Origin: Pseudobdellovibrionaceae bacterium
GTDB taxonomy: Bacteria; Bdellovibrionota; Bdellovibrionia; Bdellovibrionales; Bdellovibrionaceae
Direction of reading: 5' to 3'
Length of the DNA: 19,926 nucleotides
Assembly: GCA_041288045.1 (NCBI GenBank)
Contig: JBGGMM010000021.1
Location: 1-19,926, forward strand
Positions 8,310 through 19,545 of this stretch are shown piece after piece; the first letter of the stretch is position 1; each line of letters begins with the position of its first letter. The translations under genes and the position numbers were made by a program. The notes beneath the pieces were generated by a model, which worked only from the letters and a program-made list of their open reading frames with translations, had not been told where the DNA came from and ran no database searches.

Positions 8310-9827
8310 ATGGAAACAATTCGCGCAGACGAAATTAGCAGAGTTCTGAAGGAACAGATCAATCAATACAGTAAAAAGATCGAAGTCAGCGAAACTGGAA
8401 GCGTTCTTTCAGTTGGTGACGGTGTGGCTCGTGTTTATGGCCTTGAAAATGTCATGGCCGGTGAGCTCGTTGAATTTCCAAACGAAGTTTATGGAATGGC
8501 CCTGAACCTTGAGGACTCCTTTGTCGGTATCGTTATTTTCGGCGAAGATCGAGCGATCAAAGAAGGCGACACTGTTAAGCGCACAAAGAAAATCGTTTCT
8601 GTGCCAGTGGGAGAAGCTCTGTTGGGCCGAGTGGTGAATGGCCTTGGTCAGCCGATCGACGGCAAGGGCGCAATCAATACGCCCCACAACCGTGTGGTTG
8701 AATTGAAAGCCCCAGGGATCGTTTACCGCAAATCCGTTCATGAGCCCCTTCAAACAGGGATCAAAGCGATTGATTCCATGATTCCAATTGGTCGTGGTCA
8801 GCGGGAATTGATCATCGGTGACCGTCAGACGGGCAAGACAACAATTGCGATCGATACGATCATCAATCAAAAAGGGCAGAACGTTCACTGCTTCTATGTA
8901 GCTTGTGGACAAAAGCAGTCGACAGTTGCGACAGTTGTAGAAAAACTTCGTCAAGCAGGTGCGCTTGAATACACAACCATTATTGCAGCTGGCGCCTCCG
9001 ACCCAGCTCCAATGCAGTTCCTGTCTTGCTATACGGGAACCGCAATGGCCGAATACTTCCGTGATACCGGAAGACATGCTCTGATCGTTTATGACGATTT
9101 GACAAAACAAGCCCAAGCTTATCGTCAGATGTCTCTTTTGCTTCGTCGCCCTCCAGGCCGTGAAGCTTATCCCGGAGACGTCTTTTATCTTCACTCTCGA
9201 TTGCTTGAGCGCGCGGCAAAACTCTCCGATGATAAAGGAGCTGGCAGCTTGACGGCTCTTCCAATCATCGAAACACAAGCCGGGGATATCTCTGCTTACA
9301 TTCCGACAAACGTGATTTCAATCACAGACGGACAGATTTTCCTTGAAACAGATTTGTTCTATAAAGGTGTTCGACCTGCAATTTCTGTTGGTAAATCTGT
9401 TTCGCGCGTGGGTGGATCTGCACAAATTAAGGCGATGAAAGCCGTTGCTGGAACAATCAAACTTGAGCTCGCGCAGTTCCGAGCTCTGGAAGCTTTCGCG
9501 GCTTTCGCATCTGACCTAGATAAAGCCTCTCAGCAGCAGCTGGCTCGCGGCCGCCGTCTCGTTGAGCTCCTAAAACAGCCGGCCTATTCGCCCTACAAAG
9601 TTGAAGAGCAAATTGCTTCGATTTTTGCGGCCACAAATGGGTACGTTGATGGATATCCAGAGCTGGATGTTCGCCGCTATGAAAAAGAAATGCTGGAATT
9701 CTTGAAGGCAAAACACAGCCATATTCTCAAAAACATTGCTGAGCAAAAAGCAATCAGTCCAGAAACGAAGACAGCGTTGGTGTCGGCCCTTGATGAATAC
9801 AAGGCCGTTTTCCAGCCGTCGAAATAA
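8310..9827 (+). CDS. atpA: ATP synthase F1 subunit alpha
   Basis: [78 protein letters not shown]. Confidence 0.99.
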   Translation: METIRADEISRVLKEQINQYSKKIEVSETGSVLSVGDGVARVYGLENVMAGELVEFPNEVYGMALNLEDSFVGIVIFGEDRAIKEGDTVKRTKKIVSVPVGEALLGRVVNGLGQPIDGKGAINTPHNRVVELKAPGIVYRKSVHEPLQTGIKAIDSMIPIGRGQRELIIGDRQTGKTTIAIDTIINQKGQNVHCFYVACGQKQSTVATVVEKLRQAGALEYTTIIAAGASDPAPMQFLSCYTGTAMAEYFRDTGRHALIVYDDLTKQAQAYRQMSLLLRRPPGREAYPGDVFYLHSRLLERAAKLSDDKGAGSLTALPIIETQAGDISAYIPTNVISITDGQIFLETDLFYKGVRPAISVGKSVSRVGGSAQIKAMKAVAGTIKLELAQFRALEAFAAFASDLDKASQQQLARGRRLVELLKQPAYSPYKVEEQIASIFAATNGYVDGYPELDVRRYEKEMLEFLKAKHSHILKNIAEQKAISPETKTALVSALDEYKAVFQPSK

Positions 9828-9835
9828 GGGGATCC

Positions 9836-10717
9836 ATGGCGAGCTTAAAGGACATCCGAATTCGGATTGATTCAACCAAAAACACCCAGCAAATCACGAA
9901 AGCGATGAAGCTGGTGTCAGCGGCAAAGCTAAGAAGGGCGCAGCATCAGATCGTCAATATGCGGCCTTATGCGAGCACCCTTTTGAAAGTGATTGCCGAC
10001 ATTGCTGCCACTCATCGAGTGAGCCATCCTTTGATGGAACCGCCAGTAGAAACAAAAAAAGTTCTGCTTGTGGTTCTGACATCGGATCGCGGTCTTTGTG
10101 GGGCCTTCAATTCGAACATCAATAAATTTGCTGAAAATTATTATCGCGAAAATTTAAACAAGCTTGAAAAGTTGGATTTCTTTTTCATTGGTCGACGAGG
10201 AATTGACTTCTTCGGACGAAGGGGCGTGAGGCCCGTCGAGTCGGTGATCAAGTTGGATAAAGACGTTTCCTATGAGCTGGCTTCCAAAATTGCTCAACAG
10301 CTGATTCGTGATTATCTTGCCGGCCACTATGACGAAATCCGCCTGATTTACAACGAATTCAAATCAGCGATTTCTCAAAGAGTGGTTTCAGAGAGACTTC
10401 TACCGATTGATGTCAGCACGACGTCGTTTGGGACAAGCGCGACTGGAACTGCCTTTTCTGTTGATATGATTTATGAACCTCAGCCTGAAAAAATCATTGA
10501 TGAACTTCTTTTGAAGGCCTTCAGTGTTCAGGTTTATCGTTGCATGTGTGAATCAATTGCAGCCGAGCATGGGGCTCGAATGTCAGCGATGGAAAATGCA
10601 ACCAACAATGCTAAAGAAATGATTTCGAAGCTCACACTGACCTACAACAAAGTTCGTCAGGAAAAGATCACGACGGAACTGACCGAAATCGTGAGCGGCG
10701 CGGAATCTTTGAAATAA
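9836..10717 (+). CDS. atpG: ATP synthase F1 subunit gamma
   Basis: MASLKDIRIRI...TQQITKAMKLVSAAKLRRAQ, TSDRGLCGAFN, EHGARMSAMENATNNA, RQEKITTELTEIVSGA. Confidence 0.98.
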   Translation: MASLKDIRIRIDSTKNTQQITKAMKLVSAAKLRRAQHQIVNMRPYASTLLKVIADIAATHRVSHPLMEPPVETKKVLLVVLTSDRGLCGAFNSNINKFAENYYRENLNKLEKLDFFFIGRRGIDFFGRRGVRPVESVIKLDKDVSYELASKIAQQLIRDYLAGHYDEIRLIYNEFKSAISQRVVSERLLPIDVSTTSFGTSATGTAFSVDMIYEPQPEKIIDELLLKAFSVQVYRCMCESIAAEHGARMSAMENATNNAKEMISKLTLTYNKVRQEKITTELTEIVSGAESLK

Positions 10718-10734
10718 AAATAAGGAGCTATTAG

Positions 10735-12138
<1,404 letters not shown>

Positions 12139-12155
12139 TCCGATAGGATTAAATT

Positions 12156-12560
12156 ATGTTTAAACTGAATTTTTCGACACCTAATAAGAAAGTTGTGACA
12201 GAACAAGAGCTGGATGAAATCACTATTCCTGCGTATGCGGGAGAGCTGAACATTCTTCCGGGTCATGCTCCGCTCATGACCACACTGGCGGCCGGGGTCC
12301 TTCGCTATCGTTTGAAAAATGGTGAATCCGCGAAAGTGGCTATCGGATGGGGTTACTGTCAGGTTTCTCCAGAGGCAGTGAACGTACTGGCTGAAACAGC
12401 AGTATCGGCTGATGAAATTGACACCAAGGTGGTGCAAGATCATTTGAAAACTCAAGAGGCCAAACTGGCCAACGAGTCTTTGGATGAGCTCGAGTGGAAA
12501 AACACCCAGCATGAGATTGCCCGTCTCAAGGCTGAGCTGGATCTTCTGGGACAGAAATAG
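12156..12560 (+). CDS. atpC: ATP synthase F1 subunit epsilon
   Basis: GELNILPGHAPLMTTL, VNVLAETA, and position after atpD. Confidence 0.95.
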   Translation: MFKLNFSTPNKKVVTEQELDEITIPAYAGELNILPGHAPLMTTLAAGVLRYRLKNGESAKVAIGWGYCQVSPEAVNVLAETAVSADEIDTKVVQDHLKTQEAKLANESLDELEWKNTQHEIARLKAELDLLGQK

Positions 12561-12587
12561 GTTGCAAAAACGGAATAGAATTTGACG

Positions 12588-12618
12588 AAGGCCTCGGAAA
12601 ACCGAGGCCTTTGTTTTT
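12588..12618 (+). terminator. Rho-independent terminator of the atp operon
   Basis: Perfect 10-bp stem AAGGCCTCGG-AAAA-CCGAGGCCTT followed by TGTTTTT, 27 nt after the atpC stop. Confidence 0.9.
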
Positions 12619-12705
12619 GAAACTTAAAAGAATCAGACTCGACAAGAGTCTAAAATCGAAGTCCAGTCCAAGGACAACTTTCAGCTGCGATGAAATAATA
12701 CGAAT

Positions 12706-13500
12706 ATGAAGTCAAATTCTGGGTACTTGAGCTCACTGGTTCTAACGGTCCTCTTGGTCTTTTGCCTTTTTTTGTTGGCGAGAGAATCCTTTGCAGCCGA
12801 AGAAGTGGATGTTGAAGACGTTCCGAAAGATGGCAAGATTGAAATCGTCTATCCAGCAGAGCAAACTGCCGCCTACAAAGAGCGCCGTGGGCCGTGGTCA
12901 CCATTTTTTTCAATAGGTGTTGATCAGGTTCTTCCTGAAAGCTTTCGCTCAAAGCTGACCGATGACAATTACGAAACCTTGTTTGGAAATTCGCCAGTAC
13001 CCATGTTTCAAGCGGAACTGGGGACAAAGTATAATTTTGGCTTGGGGTCCATTGGTCTTTTTTTAATCTATGGTCATGGAGTGGTTGAAGACGGTCGAAG
13101 CGGAGGCGAAACGAAAACGGTGCATGAGCTGACGCTGGATAAATTTGGTGGCGGCGCTGTCTACATAATGGACAATCTTTTTAGTGAACCCTATGTCGCC
13201 CCCTACATCGAGGGACAGCTTTTAAAATTTGGATGGGAAGAAAAGAGACACATTCCGAACGGAGAGGTTGAAGGAACGACCGAAGGCGAAACCGACATGA
13301 GCTCGGCACTTGTTGCTGGGCTTCTTTTTCAGCTCAACTGGTTGGATCCAGGATCTGCCATCGCGGCCCAAAATTCTTCGGGACTGGACAATGCCTATCT
13401 TGATCTTTTTGTCTCTCAATACAACACGTCAGAATCGGAAAACGATCCGAACTTTCAAACTGGAACCAATTTTGGCGCAGGCCTTCGGCTTGAATTCTAA
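12706..13500 (+). CDS. hypothetical exported protein, possible outer-membrane beta-barrel
   Basis: 264-aa ORF with a signal peptide ending ...SFA-AEE, Gly/aromatic alternating strands (ELGTKYNF, GGGAVYIM, AYLDLFVSQY) and a C-terminal GAGLRLEF ending in Phe. Confidence 0.72.
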   Translation: MKSNSGYLSSLVLTVLLVFCLFLLARESFAAEEVDVEDVPKDGKIEIVYPAEQTAAYKERRGPWSPFFSIGVDQVLPESFRSKLTDDNYETLFGNSPVPMFQAELGTKYNFGLGSIGLFLIYGHGVVEDGRSGGETKTVHELTLDKFGGGAVYIMDNLFSEPYVAPYIEGQLLKFGWEEKRHIPNGEVEGTTEGETDMSSALVAGLLFQLNWLDPGSAIAAQNSSGLDNAYLDLFVSQYNTSESENDPNFQTGTNFGAGLRLEF

Positions 13501-13504
13501 GTTA

Positions 13505-16500
13505 TCAGATGAGCTTTAATAAATATTCAAGCTCTTCGAAAACGGCGGGCCACGTGATTGTGTTCATACGGATATTCAAGCGGTTGTCGGGCGTGATCGA
13601 ATATTTTTTGTTTTCTCGCATCGCTAGTGAAATGGCTGTTTCTGGCTTGAGCTTGGTTTTCTCGGAAAATTTCAGAGAAATGTTTTTAAGGCCCGAGCTG
13701 ATATCTTTGACTCCGAGATGACGGCACTGGCTGCGAATCAGCATCAGACCCATCAAATTAAGAGTGGGCTCAGGGATTTCTCCAAACTGATCCTTCAACT
13801 CTTCTTCAATTTTTTCCAGATCATCATGTGACTGAATGTCGGCAAGCGCCTTGTAATAGGAAAGGCGAATGCGGATATCGCCAATGTATTTTTCAGGAAT
13901 CATTGCAGGAACGCGAAGGTTGATTTCGGGATCCAGCTCGAGCTCATCGGTGGGCTCACCCTTGAGCTGGTGGACGGCTTCATTTAAAAGGTCCATGTAG
14001 AGCTCATAGCCGACCGAATTGATATGTCCCGATTGATTTTCACCAAGAATATTTCCGGCGCCTCTGAGCTCGAGGTCGTACTGAGCGATTCGAATCCCGC
14101 TGCCGAGGGCTGTGTTTTCTTGAATGACCTTCAGCCGTTCCTGAGCGTCTTTGTCGAGCTTTTTATCCCGAGGGAGAATCAAATAGCAGTAGGCTCGCTG
14201 TTTGCTACGGCCCACTCGCCCACGAAGCTGATACAGCTGCGAAAGTCCCATCATCTGGGCCTGATCGATGAACATTGTGTTGGCCCGAGGAATATCCATT
14301 CCCGATTCAACAATGGTGGTGCAGACAAGCACATCAATTTCGTGATTGAAAAAGGCCACCATTGTTTTTTCCAGCTCTTCTTCATCCATTTGTCCGTGAC
14401 CAACTCGAATTCTGGCGTTGGGAACGATCTGCCGAATCTCATCAGCTAAACCATAAATGCTTTGCACTCGGTTATGGATGAAATAGACCTGACCTCCGCG
14501 ACTGATTTCGGACTCAATCGCTTTTCGAATGGTTTCTTCGTCAAATTTGCAAATAAAGGTTCGAGTCGGCAGCCGGTCCACGGGAGCAGAGTTGATAATG
14601 CTCAGATCTCGAACTCCCATGAGGCTCATATTCAAGGTCCTTGGAATTGGGGTTGCAGAAAGAGTCAGAGTGTCGACACTGTTTTTAAGACGCTTGATTT
14701 TTTCTTTATGAGCCACGCCGAATTTTTGCTCTTCATCGACGATGAGAAGGCCTAAGTTTTGAAACTCGACATCTTTGCTCAAGAGCCGATGAGTTCCAAT
14801 GACAATATCAACCTTGCCTGCTTTGAGATCGATCAGTGTTTTTTTCACGTCGGCATTGGAAACAAAGCGATTGAGCTCGCGTATTTCCAAAGGCCATCCA
14901 TGAAATCTCTTTTTGAAAGTTTCAAAATGTTGAAAAGTCAAAACTGTCGTGGGGGCCAGAACGGCCACCTGTTTTCGATTGTGTGCCGCAAGGAAAGCGG
15001 CACGCATAGCCACTTCGGTTTTTCCGAAACCGACATCTCCACACACCAGGCGATCCATCGGCTTCGTTGAAGACATATCTTTTATGAAATCATTGATCGC
15101 CCTGAGCTGGTCTTCAGTTTCATCAAAGGGAAAGGCTGTTTCAAATGCGACAAAGTCTTGCTCGTGCACTTCAAAGGCGGGGCGCTCAAGCTCGGCCCGT
15201 TTGGCATAAAGCTGCAAAAGATCGGCGGCCAAGTCTCGGACGTGTCCTTTGACTTTGGATTTTGTTTTTTCCCAACCAGGCCCACCCAGCTTGTCTAAGA
15301 CTGTGGTTTGAGCTGCGCCTGCGTAACGTTGAAGCTGGCCAACTCTGTAAACAGGCAGATAGAGCTTGTCCTTATCTTTGTATCCCACTTGAATGAATTC
15401 GGACTCAACACCACCGATATTCATCACACGAAGACCCTCATAAACGCCGATTCCATGCTGAACATGCACGACAGTATCGCCGGGTTTTAAATCACCGAAT
15501 GAAAGTCTCTTGGCTTGCTTTTGAAAATCTTCAGAGGCGGAATAGGTGCGAAGGCGTTGTTTTTTCCCGAGTAAGTCTTCATCGCGAAGTAAAATAATTT
15601 GGTCTTCTGGAATTCGTAAACTCTCAGGTAAAACTCGCGGGATGATCTGAACGGTCCGGGTCAAATGGTCTTGCTGCTCAAACCAAGAGTGCCAGGTTTC
15701 TTCGGTGGCCTCGGCAACTTGAACCTGCCAGTCGATTTTTTCAAAGAGCAGCCGCAGTCTTTCAGCCTGACTTCGATTTTTGACGCCAATAAAAATTCGA
15801 TAGTGATCGTTTTTCCATGTGGTCAATTTATTTTGAAGTGCTGCCAGCCAGGCATCATTTCCAGGAGTCTGCGCCTGAAGCGTATTTGAGAGGTCCAAGA
15901 CCGATTGAGTGAAATAATCAAAGCGGTGGATTTTTTCAGAATCTTCTGAGTAGTCGCTGGTTTCTAAATTAGAAAATTCAAAAAAATGAGAGTCTTGTGG
16001 CCACTGAAGACTATCAAGACCACGAAAAAGAGACTGAAGCGGTGGCCGAACCACATGTCGAGTGGAAGTCTGATAGTCTGCCTTGAGCTCTTCTTGTTGC
16101 TGGTCGGACTCTCGAGCCAAAGTGAGAGGATCCAAAAGCCAAATGTTCAAAGAGCTTGAAAAATGATCCAGAGGCGAATCAAGTTTTGAATAAAAAAATG
16201 GCAAAAGAAAATCAAAGCCACTGGTCAGTTGTTTTCGCGACAGGGCCCGAAGCATCTCTTCACCCTCACTGCGATCAACATCCCGGTCCCGCCAAGAGGC
16301 GCCGAAGTTTTTAACCACGGACTCTAGGTTTTCATCGCTAAAAAGAGCTTCTCTGCAGGGAATCAATGAAAATTGACGAGTTTCCACTTGCGATCTTTGA
16401 TCCACCGGAGAGAAAAATCGCATGGATTCAATGGTTTCTCCAAAAAGCTCAATTCTCACAGGCCGATCTTGGGCCGGAGAAAAAATATCGACAATTCCGC

Positions 16501-17044
16501 CACGAACAGAGTATTGGCCGACATCTTCAACAAGTGGAGCCGCCTGATAGCCAAGGCCTGCTAAGAAATCGTGCAGCTCCATAGGGAGGTCGGCACCGAC
16601 CTCAAAGCGGAAAGAGTTTTTTTTCAAAACTTGAAAAGGAAGCGTGTTCTGCAAAAGCGAAGTGATCGGCGCAACAAAAATTTCTCCCGGTCGAGCGTTC
16701 TGAGCTCGAAAGAGAAATTGCAATCGGGCAGAAGTGTTCTGAGCTTTCGGATCTAAGTTGGAGTAAGGTGAGACGTCGAATCCGGGCAAAATTTCTGCAC
16801 TTCGCGAAGAGTCAAAAAACTGCAAAGCCTGCTGAAAACGCAGGCCATCTGCAAAACTAGAAACTACAACAAGATGCGGCAAGCTATTTATTTTTTTATG
16901 GTTTGCCTGAGACAAGAGCAAACCAAGCAAAGTTGGCGAGGCGCTTCCAGTGATCCGCAGTCTCTGACGGCCGACTTCGAGCTCTCTTTCCAAAATAGCT
17001 TCAAGATGCAAGTTCAAATTTTCAGTGGAAGTTCGGCTCAGCAT
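13505..17044 (-). CDS. mfd: transcription-repair coupling factor Mfd
   Basis: UvrB-homology GQYSVRGGIVDIF, RID VVHVQHGIGVYEGL, MDRLVCGDVGFGKTEVA, DEEQKFG, LSATPIPRTL, QLYQLRGRVGRS, TRG motif DLELRGAGNILGENQSG. Confidence 0.98.
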   Translation of the reverse strand: MLSRTSTENLNLHLEAILERELEVGRQRLRITGSASPTLLGLLLSQANHKKINSLPHLVVVSSFADGLRFQQALQFFDSSRSAEILPGFDVSPYSNLDPKAQNTSARLQFLFRAQNARPGEIFVAPITSLLQNTLPFQVLKKNSFRFEVGADLPMELHDFLAGLGYQAAPLVEDVGQYSVRGGIVDIFSPAQDRPVRIELFGETIESMRFFSPVDQRSQVETRQFSLIPCREALFSDENLESVVKNFGASWRDRDVDRSEGEEMLRALSRKQLTSGFDFLLPFFYSKLDSPLDHFSSSLNIWLLDPLTLARESDQQQEELKADYQTSTRHVVRPPLQSLFRGLDSLQWPQDSHFFEFSNLETSDYSEDSEKIHRFDYFTQSVLDLSNTLQAQTPGNDAWLAALQNKLTTWKNDHYRIFIGVKNRSQAERLRLLFEKIDWQVQVAEATEETWHSWFEQQDHLTRTVQIIPRVLPESLRIPEDQIILLRDEDLLGKKQRLRTYSASEDFQKQAKRLSFGDLKPGDTVVHVQHGIGVYEGLRVMNIGGVESEFIQVGYKDKDKLYLPVYRVGQLQRYAGAAQTTVLDKLGGPGWEKTKSKVKGHVRDLAADLLQLYAKRAELERPAFEVHEQDFVAFETAFPFDETEDQLRAINDFIKDMSSTKPMDRLVCGDVGFGKTEVAMRAAFLAAHNRKQVAVLAPTTVLTFQHFETFKKRFHGWPLEIRELNRFVSNADVKKTLIDLKAGKVDIVIGTHRLLSKDVEFQNLGLLIVDEEQKFGVAHKEKIKRLKNSVDTLTLSATPIPRTLNMSLMGVRDLSIINSAPVDRLPTRTFICKFDEETIRKAIESEISRGGQVYFIHNRVQSIYGLADEIRQIVPNARIRVGHGQMDEEELEKTMVAFFNHEIDVLVCTTIVESGMDIPRANTMFIDQAQMMGLSQLYQLRGRVGRSKQRAYCYLILPRDKKLDKDAQERLKVIQENTALGSGIRIAQYDLELRGAGNILGENQSGHINSVGYELYMDLLNEAVHQLKGEPTDELELDPEINLRVPAMIPEKYIGDIRIRLSYYKALADIQSHDDLEKIEEELKDQFGEIPEPTLNLMGLMLIRSQCRHLGVKDISSGLKNISLKFSEKTKLKPETAISLAMRENKKYSITPDNRLNIRMNTITWPAVFEELEYLLKLI

Positions 17045-17091
17045 GGGGGCTCATCATGCCAGAAAGCCCCCCTTCTTTCCATTCATAATTC

Positions 17092-17120
17092 TTGGAAATC
17101 AAGGTCCTCAATAGTACAGT
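17092..17120 (+). promoter_or_regulatory. candidate sigma70-type promoter for the nuo cluster
   Basis: TTGGAA (17092-17097), 17-bp spacer, TACAGT (17115-17120), about 40 nt upstream of nuoA. By eye only. Confidence 0.4.
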
Positions 17121-17161
17121 CTAGAGCATTTGCAACCTTGTCACTCAGCGGGAGGATCTCT

Positions 17162-17527
17162 GTGCCACTTGGTGGAATTTTGTTCATCGCCATCTTTGTC
17201 ATCATCTTCGGTTGTGTTCTTCTTCTCTTGGCCTCGAAATTGGGCAAACGCACTTACGATCCAGTGAAGTTTGAATCCTATGAGTGCGGGATTCCTGCTC
17301 AGGAAAAGCGGGATACAAAAATCTCTGTGAAGTTTTATCTCACAGCGATCCTCTTCATTATTTTCGATATCGAAATTATTTTCATGTATCCATGGGCGAC
17401 AACTTTTAGAGATTTTATCGCTTCAGGCCAGGGGCTCTTTGTTCTCGTCTCAATGATTGTCTTTTTGGCCGTGTTCATTTACGGCCTTTTCTGGGAAGTG
17501 AAGTCCAAAGCATTGGAGTGGGATTAA
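17162..17527 (+). CDS. nuoA: NADH-quinone oxidoreductase subunit A
   Basis: KFESYECG, SVKFYLTAILFIIFDIEIIFMYPWA, C-terminal ALEWD. Start reassigned to GTG 17162 behind GGAGG (17151-17155). Confidence 0.95.
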   Translation: MPLGGILFIAIFVIIFGCVLLLLASKLGKRTYDPVKFESYECGIPAQEKRDTKISVKFYLTAILFIIFDIEIIFMYPWATTFRDFIASGQGLFVLVSMIVFLAVFIYGLFWEVKSKALEWD

Positions 17528-17530
17528 TCC

Positions 17531-18682
17531 ATGGGTCAAGATTCGTTTCAAATTGCAATCAATTGCCTTAAGCTTGTTCTTGTTTTTCTGATGATGGTTC
17601 AAGCTGTTCCAATTCTCGTTTGGCTCGAAAGACGGGGCTCGGCCTTCATTCAAAATCGATTTGGGCCCAATCGAGTGGGTCCGCTCGGATTGGTGCAGCT
17701 GTTGGCCGATGCGGTTAAATTTCTTTTCAAAGAAGAATTTATTCCTGAAAAAGGAATTCGATTTCTTTATTACGGAGCGCCGGTTGCGGCTTTGGTGCCG
17801 GCGACGCTTGCCTTTGCGGCAATTCCTCTCTCGGCGCCTGTTCAAATTGAAGCCTTTCAAATGTTAGGTCAGACATGGGGACCCTATACATTTTTGTGGC
17901 AGGGATTTGAAATCAACGTTGGCATTGTTTACATCCTCGGAGTTTCTTCGTTGGCGACCTACTCGATTTTGATGGCGGGCTGGGGTTCTGGAAACAAATA
18001 CTCTTTGCTGGGCGCCCTTCGTGCGAGCGCACAAATTATCAGTTATGAATTGGCTTTAGGTCTTTCGATTGTTGGAGTGATCCTTCTATATGGAACTTTC
18101 AATCTGACAGAAATGATTTCAGCTCAACAAGGGCCCTTGGCCTTTACCTTCTTGGGATCCAAGTATGAGCTCTCTTGGCTTCCGAACTGGGGCATTTTCT
18201 TTCAGCCATTGGGCGCCATCATTTTCTTCGCAGCGACTTTCGCGGAATCCAATCGCCTGCCTTTTGACCTCGCAGAGGGCGAAGCCGAGCTGGTTGCAGG
18301 GTTTCACGTTGAATATGGTGGATTTAAAATGCTTTTGTTTTTCATCGGCGAATATGGGCACATGATGGTGGCCTCGGGGTTGATGACCACATTCTTTTTT
18401 GGTGGCTGGGCCATTCCCTATCTTCCCTACGAAGCAGTTCTTCAGTGGGCTCAAGGGATCACTGCGACAGCATCAGGAGCAAGTCTTCTGACGGGGCTTG
18501 TTCACTTTTTGATGTGGAATTTAAAGTTTGCAGTTTTCCTTTGGATTTTTATTCAAGTGCGATGGACCTTGCCCAGATTCAGATATGATCAGTTGATGGA
18601 TTTAGGCTGGAAAACAATGCTTCCCTGGGCCCTTGCCAACACCATTCTCACAGCCCTTTTCATTTTCATCGCTCAAAGTTAG
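17531..18682 (+). CDS. nuoH: NADH-quinone oxidoreductase subunit H
   Basis: WLERR...QNRFGPNRVGPLGLVQLLADAVKFLFKE, NKYSLLGALRASAQIISYE, ESNRLPFDLAEGEAELVAGFHVEY, RWTLPRFRYDQLMDLGWK. Confidence 0.98.
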   Translation: MGQDSFQIAINCLKLVLVFLMMVQAVPILVWLERRGSAFIQNRFGPNRVGPLGLVQLLADAVKFLFKEEFIPEKGIRFLYYGAPVAALVPATLAFAAIPLSAPVQIEAFQMLGQTWGPYTFLWQGFEINVGIVYILGVSSLATYSILMAGWGSGNKYSLLGALRASAQIISYELALGLSIVGVILLYGTFNLTEMISAQQGPLAFTFLGSKYELSWLPNWGIFFQPLGAIIFFAATFAESNRLPFDLAEGEAELVAGFHVEYGGFKMLLFFIGEYGHMMVASGLMTTFFFGGWAIPYLPYEAVLQWAQGITATASGASLLTGLVHFLMWNLKFAVFLWIFIQVRWTLPRFRYDQLMDLGWKTMLPWALANTILTALFIFIAQS

Positions 18683-18692
18683 GAGTCATCAA

Positions 18693-19226
18693 GTGTCAGC
18701 AGATGCAATTCTTTTTTGGCTATTAACGATTCTGACTGTGGCCAGTGCCCTGACAGTCATACTTGTTACCAATCCGATCTACAGCGCTCTTAGTCTGGCG
18801 ATGACCATGGTGGGAGTTTCGGCTTTGTTTGTCACCTTAGGCGGATACTTCATCGCAGGTGTCCAATTGATTGTTTATGCTGGAGCCGTGATGGTTCTTT
18901 TCGTCATGGTTCTGATGCTTTTCGACTTAAAGCACGAACTGCAGGCCTTCACCCAAGGGCGCATGAGTGGAGCCATTAAGCTTGCTTGTGTTGGCATGTT
19001 TTCTGGCTTGGTCGTTGGCGCCATTCTCATGACCGTAAATACTCTTTTGGTGGCTCCTCCCGATGCAAAAGTAGAAGTTGCAAAAGACAGCACCAAACAG
19101 CTGGGACAGCTTTTGTTCTCTCGATACCTTTTTGGATTTGAAGCTTTAGGAGTTCTTCTTTTGATCGTCGCCGTTGGCGCGGTTGCACTTTCACGAAGCA
19201 AAGGGGGCACTCATGCTCGCCATTGA
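18693..19226 (+). CDS. nuoJ: NADH-quinone oxidoreductase subunit J
   Basis: [55 protein letters not shown]. Start GTG 18693 behind AGGAG (18681-18685). Confidence 0.95.
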   Translation: MSADAILFWLLTILTVASALTVILVTNPIYSALSLAMTMVGVSALFVTLGGYFIAGVQLIVYAGAVMVLFVMVLMLFDLKHELQAFTQGRMSGAIKLACVGMFSGLVVGAILMTVNTLLVAPPDAKVEVAKDSTKQLGQLLFSRYLFGFEALGVLLLIVAVGAVALSRSKGGTHARH

Positions 19227-19539
19227 TTTTTTGACTCATATCACTCTCGAGCACTATTTGATTCTTTCCTCAATTTTATTTGTCACCGGCATGGCCGGAG
19301 TGCTTTTGCGCAGAAATGCAATTGTCCTTTTGATGTCCATTGAGCTGATGTTGAATGCCGTGAATCTGAGCTTTGTGGCTTTCAGTCGTTACTCGGGAAA
19401 AATAGAAGGTCAAATCATGGTCTTTTTTGTCATGACGATTGCGGCTGCTGAAGCAGCTGTGGGCTTGGCGTTGGTAGTTTCGATTTTCAAACGATTTAAA
19501 GAAGTGAACATCCGTTTCTTCGAGCACTTGAAAGGGTAA
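19213..19539 (+). CDS. nuoK: NADH-quinone oxidoreductase subunit K
   Basis: [44 protein letters not shown]. Start ATG 19213 behind AGGGGG. Confidence 0.96.
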   Translation: MLAIDFLTHITLEHYLILSSILFVTGMAGVLLRRNAIVLLMSIELMLNAVNLSFVAFSRYSGKIEGQIMVFFVMTIAAAEAAVGLALVVSIFKRFKEVNIRFFEHLKG

Positions 19540-19545
19540 AGAGTC

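Noticed and set aside
8409..9278. 289-aa antisense ORF opposite atpA
   Set aside because: Shadow frame of a highly conserved gene with no recognisable motifs. Such antisense ORFs are common opposite atpA/atpD.
16874..17161. 96-aa N-terminal extension of NuoA in the ORF track
   Set aside because: Overlaps mfd on the opposite strand. A GGAGG SD before GTG 17162 gives a normal 121-aa NuoA.
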